A stretch of DNA of 64,000 nt from a bacterium (GCA_003554945.1 PWHN01000102.1:240-64239), one strand, 5' to 3'; counted from the stretch's first letter, positions 53,480 to 63,385 are shown. Notes: generated by a model not told the origin, from the sequence alone. Program-made: numbers and translations.

Positions 53480-53569
53480 GGAGTGGACTCAGTGGTAAGC
53501 ACAAATAATTTTGTTGCGCTTTATCGAGAGGGCCCGCAATCTCATTTTTAAAGACAGGAGTGAAGCATA

Positions 53570-54790
53570 ATGGCAGCTAAGCTGGCCGAGCAGTGTGATG
53601 TTGGAGAATTTTCAATCTGGCAGAAGATATTTTTAGGTCTGCAGCATACGATGGCTATGTTTGGTGCAACAATTCTGGTACCAATAATTACAGGTTTAAA
53701 CGTGTCAGCGACTCTCTTTGCCGTCGGTCTTGGAACATTAATTTTTCATTTCTTTACCAGCGCCAAAGTCCCGGGATTCCTCGGTTCTTCCTTTGCCTTT
53801 ATCGCCCCACTGGTCCTGGTGGCCGAATCAAGCGAATTAACACTTCAGCACGCCCAGGCGGGGATTATTGGAGCCGGGCTTGTATATCTAATTGTTGGTT
53901 TTATTGTCCAGCTTGCCGGTCCTGATAACGTCGCCAAAATTTTCCCCCCCGTTGTCACCGGTCCCATAATCATGGTTATTGGACTCGCTCTGGCCCCGGT
54001 TGCCCTGGACTGGGCTTCCAGCAATTGGACAGTAGCACTGGTAACATTGGCGTTTACTATTGCAATGGCTGTTTTTGGTACCGGTTTTCGTCGGGTAATA
54101 CCTATCCTACTCGGGCTTATCTGCGGTTACTCTGCCGCAGTGATCGCCGATGTTGTCGTTTTTAAAGAAATTGGTGAAGCAGCCTGGCTTGGTTTCCCCG
54201 GTTTTACACTACCGCTGTTCAGTTGGGAGGTTGTCCTTATTGTAACTCCTGCGGCAATTGTCTCAATTGTGGAGCATACCGGGGATATACTGGCGATTGG
54301 TGATACAATCGGCCGTGACGTTTTACGTGACCCGGGTCTGGCTCCGACTTTTTACGGTGGTGGTGTCGGTACAATTATTTCCGGCTTATTAGGTGGACCT
54401 TCATTAACGACTTATGGCGAGAATATTGGCGTTCTCGCAATCACTGGCGTTTATTCTACTTTTATCGTTAGTCTCGGTGCTGTCTGGGCAATTGTCCTCT
54501 CCTTCATTCCCAAGGTTGAGGCACTTATAGAATCTATTCCTGATTCCGTCATCGGTGGTGTCTCTATCTTGCTTTATGGCATGATAGCTGCTGTCGGTGT
54601 CCGTACGATGGTCAGCAACCGGGTTGATCTCAAGGAAGCTCGTAACCTGATCATTGCCAGCGTTATCCTGGTTATTGGAGTGGGGCTGGATAAAATCATG
54701 GTCCTCGACCGGGTTGAGATGAGCGGCATGGTGATCGCCGCGGTCATCGGTATTTTGCTCCACCAGCTTCTGCCGGAGGATATTTGTTGA
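53570..54790 (+). CDS. Uracil/xanthine permease (NCS2 / SLC23 family)
   Basis: 406 aa, about 12-14 TM helices, with the family-typical start (QHTMAMFGATILVP) and ...TYGENIGV... motif. The substrate cannot be fixed from sequence. Confidence 0.85.
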   Translation: MAAKLAEQCDVGEFSIWQKIFLGLQHTMAMFGATILVPIITGLNVSATLFAVGLGTLIFHFFTSAKVPGFLGSSFAFIAPLVLVAESSELTLQHAQAGIIGAGLVYLIVGFIVQLAGPDNVAKIFPPVVTGPIIMVIGLALAPVALDWASSNWTVALVTLAFTIAMAVFGTGFRRVIPILLGLICGYSAAVIADVVVFKEIGEAAWLGFPGFTLPLFSWEVVLIVTPAAIVSIVEHTGDILAIGDTIGRDVLRDPGLAPTFYGGGVGTIISGLLGGPSLTTYGENIGVLAITGVYSTFIVSLGAVWAIVLSFIPKVEALIESIPDSVIGGVSILLYGMIAAVGVRTMVSNRVDLKEARNLIIASVILVIGVGLDKIMVLDRVEMSGMVIAAVIGILLHQLLPEDIC

Positions 54791-54825
54791 ACTTTTTTAC
54801 TGGTAAAATCTGATGCAGAACGGTA

Positions 54826-55563
54826 ATGTTGACAGTAAAAGGGGGGTTACTTTTGACGGATGACCTGATCAAGAAACACGGTGGCTACCGTAATCTCAAG
54901 AGCTTCCAGATAGCTCGCCTGGTCTATGACCTGACGAAGCGATTCTGTGACCGCTATATTGACAAGTACAGTCGTACCCACGATCAGATGGTGCAAGCGG
55001 CCCGCTCCGGAGTACAGAATATCGCTGAAGGAAGTAAGGCCAGCGGAACGTCAAAGAAAACCGAGATTAAACTGACCAATGTGGCACGGGCCAGCCTGGA
55101 GGAGCTAAAGCTTGACTACGAGGATTTCCTTCGGCAAAATGGAATGAAGCATTGGCCTAAAGAGGATTCCCGCCGTCAGGATCTCATCGATATTCGTCCC
55201 GAGAAGGTAGAAGATGTTGTTCGCTGGGTGCATCGAATACATGATCTTGGTCTGGGTGGACAGGGTGGACCAACTGGACAGCGTGGACAGAAAAAATCAT
55301 CAAATACACCTGGCCAGACTCCTCCCAAACCCGAGCCTCCTGAATCAGAAGCTTCAGGATCCACTAAGTCCACGGGGTCCACTAAGTCCACGGAGTCCAC
55401 CGGGTCCACCACCTACCAGGAAATTGCTGCAAATGCTGCCCTGGCCTTGATAAGCGTGGCCCCAGCACTGCTTGATCGACAGATTCAGGCCCAGGTAGAG
55501 CAGTTTGAGCAGGAGGGTGGATTCACCGAACGAATGTATCATCACAGGAAAAAGAAGCGGTAG
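54826..55563 (+). CDS. Four-helix-bundle protein (23S rRNA intervening-sequence protein / Avd-like family) with low-complexity insert and C-terminal suffix domain
   Basis: The N-terminal about 110 aa match the family pattern (YRNLKSFQIARLVYDLT..., DQMVQAARSGVQNIAEGS). A G/Q/P/S/T-rich linker follows, then a helical C-terminal segment. Confidence 0.65.
   Translation: MLTVKGGLLLTDDLIKKHGGYRNLKSFQIARLVYDLTKRFCDRYIDKYSRTHDQMVQAARSGVQNIAEGSKASGTSKKTEIKLTNVARASLEELKLDYEDFLRQNGMKHWPKEDSRRQDLIDIRPEKVEDVVRWVHRIHDLGLGGQGGPTGQRGQKKSSNTPGQTPPKPEPPESEASGSTKSTGSTKSTESTGSTTYQEIAANAALALISVAPALLDRQIQAQVEQFEQEGGFTERMYHHRKKKR
55360..55413 (+). repeat. In-frame 9-nt tandem repeat x6 (TCCACNNNG) within the four-helix-bundle gene
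   Basis: TCCACTAAG TCCACGGGG TCCACTAAG TCCACGGAG TCCACCGGG TCCACCACC, encoding STK STG STK STE STG STT. Confidence 0.85.
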
Positions 55564-55733
55564 CCCCCCGCAGGAGACGTTACCTTCTCGGCAGCCTCAA
55601 ATATAGAAGAGGTTCTTTGCTTGACGTTGATCCGTCTACCGTCAAAACCTTGATATCTGCCGAATGGATATGTACTATTTTAAGTAGAGACTGCATCATT
55701 GAAGGCTATGTTACTCGAAAAGGAGCTACGGTC

Positions 55734-56345
55734 TTGGAAGTTTTTGATAAAGCCGTCGATAACTTAAGAAAACTGCCGGGGATTGGTAAAAAATCGGCCC
55801 GGCGTTTGGTTTTTCATCTGCTTAACGTCTCACGTGCAGAGGTGGAAAATTTAGCTGAATCTTTACTCAAAGCAAAAGACCAACTCGGCTACTGCAAAAA
55901 ATGTTTTGGACTGGCCGAGGCGGACCTCTGTGAAATCTGTTCGGATCCTGGCCGTTCATCCCGTCAGCTATGTGTCGTCGCTCAGCCGGAGACTGTCTTT
56001 CGTCTCGAAGCAAGCGGCGAGTTCGAGGGGCTTTATCACGTGTTGAGAGGTCTTATTTCTCCGCTTGACGGAGTCGGGCCTGAGCAGCTAACAATAAAAG
56101 ATTTGATTAATCGAATTGAGACTGAAAAAGATATCGAAGAGATTATTTTTGCCTTTAACCCCACAAATGAAGGCGAAGTTACGATGAACTACCTAAAGAA
56201 GCTGCTTGCTGACTACGAGGTAAAATTGACCCATCTCGGTTACGGTCTACCGGTGGGCAGCGATCTTGAATACACCGACCGTCTGACTTTGAACAAGGCT
56301 TTTGAAAATCGAGTAAATCTCGCCGGGGAGCCGCCGCCGGGGTGA
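55734..56345 (+). CDS. recR: Recombination protein RecR
   Basis: HhH (LPGIGKKSARRLVFHLL), C4 zinc finger (CKKCFGLAEADLCEIC) and a Toprim domain. A TTG start at 55734 lies 8 nt after AAGGAG; the listed ATG at 55617 would add a non-homologous 39 aa. Confidence 0.9.
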   Translation: MEVFDKAVDNLRKLPGIGKKSARRLVFHLLNVSRAEVENLAESLLKAKDQLGYCKKCFGLAEADLCEICSDPGRSSRQLCVVAQPETVFRLEASGEFEGLYHVLRGLISPLDGVGPEQLTIKDLINRIETEKDIEEIIFAFNPTNEGEVTMNYLKKLLADYEVKLTHLGYGLPVGSDLEYTDRLTLNKAFENRVNLAGEPPPG

Positions 56346-56983
56346 CCACAGACAGTCGATTTGTTGTTATATTAGTCTCCACTTTTTTACTGGGCGCAGC
56401 CCTTACCTACCTGCTAATCCCACCTTTACCACCTGAAGTTCACCAGACTGTAGTCGAAACGCCGTCGTCCGCTGAATCAGAGGAACCAGACCATGAGCAG
56501 GAGAGCGTTAGAACCGTGATTCGAGGAGCCGGGGTAAAAAATCCGGGCAGTTACCATCTCTCCGCTGACAGTGAGGTAAAAGATTTGATTGAGAAAGCCG
56601 GGGGGCTTACCGACGACGCAGTTGCCCCCGGTCTACCTGTCTATGACCAGGTATTTGACGGGCTGGAAATCACAATTCCCAGTGAAAGTAGATTTGAAGA
56701 AATATTAGCGGGGGAGAGACCGCTAACGGGTGAGGATCTGATCGTAATGCATGATCTGCAGCCACCTGACGAAGCCGCCGCGGATGACGATCTAATCGAT
56801 CTAAACTCCGCTTCGGCGAAGGAACTACAATTGCTTCCCGGAATTGGTGAATCCTTCTCTGAACGGATCGTACGCAATCGGGAAAGCGATGGACCTTTTG
56901 ACGAGCCCTGGGACGTTAAGAGAATTGTTGGTATAGGAGAAAAGAGATTTGACCGAATTGAACCATACGTTACGGCGCGCTAA
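56342..56983 (+). CDS. comEA: ComEA-family DNA-binding protein (SLBB + helix-hairpin-helix)
   Basis: N-terminal TM helix, SLBB-like segment (GAGVKNPGSYHL), and a C-terminal double HhH (DLNSASAKELQLLPGIGESFSERIV..., IVGIGEKRFDRI). Confidence 0.8.
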   Translation: MTTDSRFVVILVSTFLLGAALTYLLIPPLPPEVHQTVVETPSSAESEEPDHEQESVRTVIRGAGVKNPGSYHLSADSEVKDLIEKAGGLTDDAVAPGLPVYDQVFDGLEITIPSESRFEEILAGERPLTGEDLIVMHDLQPPDEAAADDDLIDLNSASAKELQLLPGIGESFSERIVRNRESDGPFDEPWDVKRIVGIGEKRFDRIEPYVTAR

Positions 56984-57003
56984 TCAGAACCTCTCACCAA
57001 TTT

Positions 57004-58392
57004 TTACTTGCCAATGCAAAAATTCGAAAAAATTTCGTCAAGTATATCCTCGCTGGAGATCTTTCCGGTTATTTTTCCCAGCTCCTCTGAAGCCAGTCTC
57101 AAATCCTCGGCGACAAGCGTATACTCGACACCGGTCGCCAGGTTACTTATAGCCTGGCCGAGGTGGCTAATAGTTCGTTTTAGTTGGTTAATTTGGTGGG
57201 TGTGAGTAACAATCGGATTTGGGGTATGTAGTTCCCGACCACTAATTTTCTTAACTATCTTATCTTCCAGTTCTTCAATCCCGTTGTGTTCCAATACACT
57301 TATTTTACAGTCTACCTGCCGGTCAAGTTCAGCTTCAACATCGCCGCAAGTAATTTTCTGTTCAAGATCCAACTTATTTAATACCAGTACGGCGGGGGTG
57401 CTGCTTTCTTCGAGCATTTGATTTACCTGTAAGGCTTCTGACTCCAGTTTTTGGTTAGCTTCGAGCAAGAATATAGCCAGATCGACGTCGCGTAGAGCAG
57501 TTTCACTGCGGCGAATTCCCTCAGCTTCAATTAAACCGGGGGTATCATGGATACCGGCCGTGTCATGCAGAGTAATTGGTATTCCAGAAATTGAGATATT
57601 TTCGCGCAGGATATCGCGGGTGGTGCCGGGTTGCGTCGTAACTATTGCCCTGTCCTTCTGCAAAAGCAGGTTGAAGAGGCTTGACTTGCCGACGTTTGGC
57701 GGTCCGACAATGGCAACTTGACAGCCCGAGGTTAACAGCTCCCCTACTTTTCCGTCCTCTACCAGCTTGGAGAGTTTTTCTTCGATTTTCTCTATTTCTG
57801 ATTTTAGTGCATTCTGGTTAACTGCTTTAACATCTTCTTCATCGCTGAAATCAAGATTAGCCTCAACCTGTGAGCGTAAATTGATAGTTCGCTGCCGGAT
57901 ATCTCTAATAGTTTCAAACAGTTCACCTTTGAGCTGGCGAGCCGAGGCTTTTAGCGCCGCTTCCGAGCGAGCGGAGATCAGGTCACCAACTGCGGCTGCC
58001 TGGGTGAGATCAAGCTTGTCGTTGCTGTAGGCCCGGCGGGTGAATTCTCCGGGCTGAGCCAGGCGTACGGATTCAGTTTCAAGTAATTTTCCCAACAATT
58101 TCTGCAGTAGTATGGGGCTACCGTGACAGGAAATTTCAACGACGTCTTCACCAGTGTATGAGCGAGGAGCGGGAAAATAAGTAAGAATTGCTCTGTCGCT
58201 AATTGACTCCTCGTTAGTAATAATAAGCTCTACAAGGTGGGCGTGTCGCGGTTTCAGTTGTTTTGGTGGATTATTACAGAGAGAAAGGACTGGATTCAGT
58301 GCCTCGGGCCCGCTCAGTCTTATTATCCCTACCCCTCCCTCGCCGGGTGGCGTGGAGATAGCAGCTATAGTCTCCTCCATAATGTTGCTCAT
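57004..58392 (-). CDS. mnmE: tRNA modification GTPase MnmE
   Basis: IAAISTPPGEGGVGIIRLSG N-terminus, G-domain GPPNVGKSSL, DTAG, NKLD, and the C-terminal FCIGK. Confidence 0.95.
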   Translation of the reverse strand: MSNIMEETIAAISTPPGEGGVGIIRLSGPEALNPVLSLCNNPPKQLKPRHAHLVELIITNEESISDRAILTYFPAPRSYTGEDVVEISCHGSPILLQKLLGKLLETESVRLAQPGEFTRRAYSNDKLDLTQAAAVGDLISARSEAALKASARQLKGELFETIRDIRQRTINLRSQVEANLDFSDEEDVKAVNQNALKSEIEKIEEKLSKLVEDGKVGELLTSGCQVAIVGPPNVGKSSLFNLLLQKDRAIVTTQPGTTRDILRENISISGIPITLHDTAGIHDTPGLIEAEGIRRSETALRDVDLAIFLLEANQKLESEALQVNQMLEESSTPAVLVLNKLDLEQKITCGDVEAELDRQVDCKISVLEHNGIEELEDKIVKKISGRELHTPNPIVTHTHQINQLKRTISHLGQAISNLATGVEYTLVAEDLRLASEELGKITGKISSEDILDEIFSNFCIGK

Positions 58393-58395
58393 GGT

Positions 58396-59034
58396 TTAAC
58401 TTTTCCCGCGTGGTAGAAGTTCAACCCGCCGGCGAGAGCCCTCGCCAATATTTTGACTGCTTACCCCTTCAATATCCTGAACCACGTCGTGGATTACCTC
58501 TCTTTCTGCTTCAATCATTGGGCTTAATTCGAAGCTCTCGCCGGACTCTTTGACCTGCTGGGCATAATACATAGCTTTTTGTTCTAAATCCTTACGCCGT
58601 TTTTTTCGAAAATTATCGCAGTCCAGGATTACCTTGAGGGGTTCTTTTGAGACCTCGTTTATCTGCTGTTCAACCAGATACTGGGTGGCGTTGAGTGTTC
58701 GTCCCTGGGGACCGATTAGACTGTCACAGTTCTTTTCCGGCTGAATATTAACCCGGTAGAGTGCTTCCTCGACCTCGATCTCCAGCTCAAATTCGCCAAG
58801 CTCCAGTAAATCAAGCAGACTGCGGAGATTTTTTTCCAGCAGTTCTTCCAGGTCGGGGCCGTCTGCCGCCAGTTGCACCCTGGCTTTCTGAGAGGTCTGG
58901 TTGAAAAGCCCGGGTTGTTCCTGCTGGAGAATTTTTATTTCCGTCTCATCACGCTCTTTACCCAGACGGTTGAGCCCTTTTTCGATTGCTTTTTCGACAT
59001 TTTCGCCTTCAACAACAATAATCTGTTTTGGCAA
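58396..59034 (-). CDS. jag: Jag/KhpB RNA-binding protein (Jag_N, KH, R3H)
   Basis: 212 aa between yidC and mnmE, with KH-like LIGPQGRTLNATQYL and a C-terminal R3H-like region. Confidence 0.85.
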   Translation of the reverse strand: MPKQIIVVEGENVEKAIEKGLNRLGKERDETEIKILQQEQPGLFNQTSQKARVQLAADGPDLEELLEKNLRSLLDLLELGEFELEIEVEEALYRVNIQPEKNCDSLIGPQGRTLNATQYLVEQQINEVSKEPLKVILDCDNFRKKRRKDLEQKAMYYAQQVKESGESFELSPMIEAEREVIHDVVQDIEGVSSQNIGEGSRRRVELLPRGKS

Positions 59035-59035
59035 C

Positions 59036-60709
59036 TTAATCCTCCATTGAGCGGTTGATAAGCCAGTATTGACCGAGAGTCGCGAGGGAGTTGGTCAAAA
59101 AGTAAATAACCAGACCGGCGGGTAGGTTCATAAAAATAAAGACGAAGACAACGGGCATAATATAAGCCATTGTTTTTTGCTGACCGGCTCCACCTGAAGC
59201 CATCTGATAGGATTGTTGAACAAACATAGCCAGGCCCATGGCGATCGGTAAAATATAATAGGGGTCGCGGGAAGAGAGGTCGCCGATCCAGAACAGGAAA
59301 TGGGCTCCCCGCAGCTCGATACTGTATTGCAGCGTCCGGTAAAGGGCGAAGAAAATAGGCATCTGCATCAGCATGGGCAAACATCCACCCAGGGGGTTTA
59401 CTCCCTCCTTCTGATACAGCTCCATCATCTTCTGATTTAGCTTTTCCTTGTCGTCGGAATACTTGTCCTGAAGTTCCTTCATTCGCGGTTGTATCTTTTT
59501 CATCTGCTGCATACTGGTCAGGCTTTTCTTTGTTAACGGATAGAGAATAGCCTTGATCAGCAGGCTGATAATTATTATCGCTACGCCGTAGTTTGGAATA
59601 ATTGCGTAAACGTAATTAAGCGACCAGAGCAGCGGCAGGCTAAGGAAAGTAAACCAGCCGTAATTTTGAGCAGCTTCGAGACCGGGCGCCAGTTCCTGCA
59701 GGACCTCGTAGTGTTTCGGACCTAGATAAAGGCGAAAGTTTTTTCGTCTCTCTTCGCCCGCTTCCAGGCTAAAATCACTGTAGCCGGCCCAGGCGGTGTA
59801 GCTTTCTTCGTCCCCGGTTCCCCGGTTCAAAAATATCATGTTAAAAGAGTTATCGGGAATAATAGCGCTGATGAAATAGCGATTTGAGATGCTCATCCAG
59901 TCTATTGGACCGCGAGAAAATTCGTAGCGCTGGTCGTCCTCGTCGCCTGTAAAACGGTCCCAGAATCCCGCCCCTTCAGCAGCAAAATAGCTGGAAGATC
60001 CCTCTTTTCCGTAGTGGACGTAATCGCGATCAAAACGGGTCTCTTCCCGGCGATCCGGTCCAAAGTCAGGTCCCCAGCGCAGCGCCTGCCCTCCCCTTCC
60101 GGCCCGTCCGCCGGCCGGAAAATCAAGTCTGTTCAGCTCCACCTTCGACTCGCTCTGATTAATCAGTTCAACCGAAAGATCCATTTCGTAGCCCTGTTCC
60201 GGCAGCAGGTCGTATTTTTTTCGAACCACCAGTCCGTCATCCAGTTCGCTCTGAAAGACAAATTGATGTTCCTCTTCGGTTTCAAGCTGACTGAATTTTT
60301 TATTTGATAGTTGTAGTTCGGGAAAAACATTTTCCAGCCGGAGGCCGCCGCCGTCGTCGGCAACAAAGTTAAAGAGCTTGTCATCTTCTCCCAGTAAAGG
60401 GTGATTCGGTAGTTTTATCTCTGCCAGCTCCGCCCCCCGCAGGTTGAAATGCCCCTGGTGATAGTTAGTCTGGAAAGGAATGGTTTCACCGGGTTCGTCA
60501 ACTTCAGCAATCTCTACCTCTTTCGCTCCCGTTACGGGTTGTGGTTCTTCTTCCTCAACCTCTGCATCCGGCTCTTCCACCGGCTCGACCTCCGTCACTT
60601 CTTCGTCCACAGCCTCGTCTACAGGCGGTTCTTCTGGCTGCTGAAAATATGAAAATCCAAACACAACCAGCATCGATAGAGCTAAAGCTAAATACATTCG
60701 TTTTTCCAA
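59036..60709 (-). CDS. yidC: Membrane protein insertase YidC (long, diderm type)
   Basis: N-terminal TM helix, a large periplasmic domain, and the conserved C-terminal core (GVAIIIISLLIKAILYPLT, GGCLPMLMQMPIFFALY). Confidence 0.93.
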   Translation of the reverse strand: MEKRMYLALALSMLVVFGFSYFQQPEEPPVDEAVDEEVTEVEPVEEPDAEVEEEEPQPVTGAKEVEIAEVDEPGETIPFQTNYHQGHFNLRGAELAEIKLPNHPLLGEDDKLFNFVADDGGGLRLENVFPELQLSNKKFSQLETEEEHQFVFQSELDDGLVVRKKYDLLPEQGYEMDLSVELINQSESKVELNRLDFPAGGRAGRGGQALRWGPDFGPDRREETRFDRDYVHYGKEGSSSYFAAEGAGFWDRFTGDEDDQRYEFSRGPIDWMSISNRYFISAIIPDNSFNMIFLNRGTGDEESYTAWAGYSDFSLEAGEERRKNFRLYLGPKHYEVLQELAPGLEAAQNYGWFTFLSLPLLWSLNYVYAIIPNYGVAIIIISLLIKAILYPLTKKSLTSMQQMKKIQPRMKELQDKYSDDKEKLNQKMMELYQKEGVNPLGGCLPMLMQMPIFFALYRTLQYSIELRGAHFLFWIGDLSSRDPYYILPIAMGLAMFVQQSYQMASGGAGQQKTMAYIMPVVFVFIFMNLPAGLVIYFLTNSLATLGQYWLINRSMED

Positions 60710-60777
60710 GTTAGATCATCCTCTGTTGAATTAGTCCAAACTATTCAGTCAAACTTTCCGTCATCTATCTTTTTTGG

Positions 60778-61533
60778 TCAATTGCGTAATTTCCAGCCTA
60801 TTTTAAATAAGTGAATGGCAACTCCAGTTGTGACTAAGAAGAGCACAAGTATAACTAAAAAAGAGAGCCAGGGCGAGACATCCGAGATGTTGAGCATTGA
60901 ATAACGGTAGCCGTCGACCATGTAGAAGAGCGGATTAAACTTACTGATCTGCCGCCAGGTGGGAGGAAGTTGCTCAATGCTATAAAAGACACCGCCAAGG
61001 AAAATTAGCGGTGTGATCAAGTAATTCAGGAAAACAGCGATATTGTCCCAGCGCTCGGCCCAGAGTCCGACCAGCAATCCAAAGGAGCCGAAAGTAGCTG
61101 CGGTTAATGCCAAAAATATAATCATGACAAACGGATTGGCGACTGGCAGGTCAACAAAAATCAGACCAACCAGCAGGGTTAGCAGCCCGACAATCAACCC
61201 GCGGCAGGTGGCGCCAATAATGTAAGCACTGACAATTTTTAGATAAGATAGCGGTGAAACCAGCAGGTCCTGGATAAAATTTTCATAGCGGGCGATAAAC
61301 AGCGATGTCGTCGAGTTGGCATAGCCGGAGTTAATCACTCCCATCATGATCAAGCCGGGGAGAATGTATACGACATAAGGAAACCCGTTGATTTCGCGGA
61401 TGTCCCCGCCCAGCGAGTAGCCGAAGATAAGTATGTAAAGTAATGCCGTCATAACGGGCGGGAATATTGTCTGGTTGGGAAGGCTTAAAAAGCGTCTCAA
61501 CTCTCGTCTTGTCAGTGTTATAAAATCACGCAT
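60778..61533 (-). CDS. ABC-2 type exporter permease
   Basis: 251 aa, six TM helices, ABC-2 family layout. It overlaps the upstream ATPase gene by 8 nt. Confidence 0.8.
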   Translation of the reverse strand: MRDFITLTRRELRRFLSLPNQTIFPPVMTALLYILIFGYSLGGDIREINGFPYVVYILPGLIMMGVINSGYANSTTSLFIARYENFIQDLLVSPLSYLKIVSAYIIGATCRGLIVGLLTLLVGLIFVDLPVANPFVMIIFLALTAATFGSFGLLVGLWAERWDNIAVFLNYLITPLIFLGGVFYSIEQLPPTWRQISKFNPLFYMVDGYRYSMLNISDVSPWLSFLVILVLFLVTTGVAIHLFKIGWKLRN

Positions 61534-62467
61534 CTGTTCCGCCTCCCTTGATCTTGTTCAAAAATATCTCCTCCAGTGGTGTCTCGTCGACTCGCATCTC
61601 TTTGATTGTTACATTTTCGCGCATCAAGGTCGTAAGCAGGTCGTTAATCTCTTCGTCAAATCGATGACCGTTGGCCCGCAGTGATGAGTTTTCGACGTTG
61701 ACAAATGAGTATTCCTGGCAGACTCGACGGGCTGTTTTCTCTTTCAGTCCGCGCACTTTGAAAACACAGCTGTAGCGCCCGTAACGGCGCATAATGTTCT
61801 CAACACTGTCTTCAAGCAGTAAGCTGCCCTCATCTAAAATAGCTACCCGGTTGGCCAGTGCTTCAACTTCTTCAATGTAATGGGTGGTCAGCAGAATTGT
61901 TTTTCCCCGCCCCTTCAAACGCCGTAGGTAGTCCCAGAGCTTGTGCCGCAGTTCTACGTCAAGCCCTGCCGTCGGTTCGTCAAGGATTACAATCTCCGGG
62001 TCGTGAATTACCGCTTTGGCGAGCAGAAGTCGTCGTTTCTGTCCCCCCGAGAGGTCAGGCGGTTTGCTGTCTATTTTGTCCGTTAGTTCAAATAACTCCA
62101 GCAGCTCCAGTGCTCGCTGGCGTGCCTTGTCTGGCGCCAGACCAAAATAACCGCCCTGGTAGACCAGGCAGTCGAGCACTGAAAAAAAACGGTCAAAGTT
62201 CGGCTCCTGGGGCGCCAGGCCCACAAGTCGCCGCGCTTTTGTGTAATCGTTGACCACGTCGTTTCCCTTGATTTTTATCCGTCCTGTGCGCAGTTTTGCC
62301 AGTCCGGTGGCCAGGTGGATGGCTGTCGTTTTTCCGGCACCGTTTGGTCCCACCAGGCCCAGGAAGTCCTCCGGATATAGTTTGAGACTAAAATCTTTAA
62401 GGGCAGTCAGATCACCATATTTTTTTGTTACGTTTTCATATTCAAGCATTGGTTTTTGCTCGTTCAT
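61526..62467 (-). CDS. ABC transporter ATP-binding protein (DrrA/NatA-like)
   Basis: Walker A GPNGAGKTT, signature LSGGQKRRLLLA and Walker B ILDEPTAGLD, with a C-terminal extension typical of ABC-2 partners. Confidence 0.9.
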   Translation of the reverse strand: MNEQKPMLEYENVTKKYGDLTALKDFSLKLYPEDFLGLVGPNGAGKTTAIHLATGLAKLRTGRIKIKGNDVVNDYTKARRLVGLAPQEPNFDRFFSVLDCLVYQGGYFGLAPDKARQRALELLELFELTDKIDSKPPDLSGGQKRRLLLAKAVIHDPEIVILDEPTAGLDVELRHKLWDYLRRLKGRGKTILLTTHYIEEVEALANRVAILDEGSLLLEDSVENIMRRYGRYSCVFKVRGLKEKTARRVCQEYSFVNVENSSLRANGHRFDEEINDLLTTLMRENVTIKEMRVDETPLEEIFLNKIKGGGTDA

Positions 62468-62575
62468 TCGCTGTCATCTCCGTTAAGGTTGAAAATAAAT
62501 TTGAATAGCTGGCAGGAAGGTTTTCTGCTTCTCCGAATCAGCTCAGGTTAATTTTTCTTTATAGTCGGAATTTTT

Positions 62576-63385
62576 CTATTCGAAAAGCAATTGACTGTCT
62601 ACATCCTCAATTACGGTGTCATCAGCCGGTCTGAATTTAATTTCATCCCCAAGCTTTAAACCCCAGTCGGTCATTACAATTCGAATATCGTTGTTAAAAT
62701 TTGCCAGTCTGGGCAGATGCTCTATGACCAGGTTCTGGGTCTGTTCGTAAGGATTTTCCGCCTGAATTTCATCGGGCTGGCGGCTGACTATCTCAATCCA
62801 GGCGTTCAGCAACTCCTGAAAACTGGTCAGTGTATGTTGTTGATTCTCACTCAGTTTTACCGGAGGTTGTTTGAGCAGTATAGCCTTTCCCCGTTTTTCA
62901 CTGTTCACGCTCAAAGTGACGCTGTCTGCCTCAAACCCCTCCCAGCTTTTTGTACCTTCTTCATCAAACTTGACCAGCGGTGGTGAGTCTAAATCTATTG
63001 CTTCAAGATCGGGCATGCTCTGAAGGAACGTCTCTCGTTGTTCATCGCTCATACCTGCCAGCGAATATTCGAGCTGTTCACGTATCTCTTCGAAACGGAT
63101 GTTAAAGTGTGCTGCGATTCGCTCAAGACCTGAGCGGGTAAAACGGACAGCCTCTTTATTTTCCTGGAGATAAATAGCCGCCGGCGAGGTGTCCCCCCGG
63201 TAGATTATTGAATGTAGTTCGTCGTTTGCAGCAAAATCAATCCTCAAATTTCGAGCATCTACATGTAGATTAATATTGTCAGTCTCATTGAGGGTATATT
63301 CAAAATGAGCGACGTCTCCGGCCAGTAAAAAGTTAGCCGGAACCGTAAGTGTCACCAGTAAAAAAATAAATAACAACTTTCGCAC
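62576..63385 (-). CDS. Exported protein of unknown function
   Basis: 269 aa with a signal peptide (MRKLLFIFLLVTLTVPANFLLAG) and an acidic body. I recognise no motif. Confidence 0.55.
   Translation of the reverse strand: MRKLLFIFLLVTLTVPANFLLAGDVAHFEYTLNETDNINLHVDARNLRIDFAANDELHSIIYRGDTSPAAIYLQENKEAVRFTRSGLERIAAHFNIRFEEIREQLEYSLAGMSDEQRETFLQSMPDLEAIDLDSPPLVKFDEEGTKSWEGFEADSVTLSVNSEKRGKAILLKQPPVKLSENQQHTLTSFQELLNAWIEIVSRQPDEIQAENPYEQTQNLVIEHLPRLANFNNDIRIVMTDWGLKLGDEIKFRPADDTVIEDVDSQLLFE

Noticed and set aside
53518-53550. PyrR-binding-loop-like sequence (AUCGAGAGGGCC inside a TTGCG...CGCAA hairpin) in the permease leader.
   Set aside because: It is only a partial match to the UCCAGAGAGG consensus. 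It also lies downstream of the terminator-like hairpin, the wrong side for PyrR-type anti-antitermination.
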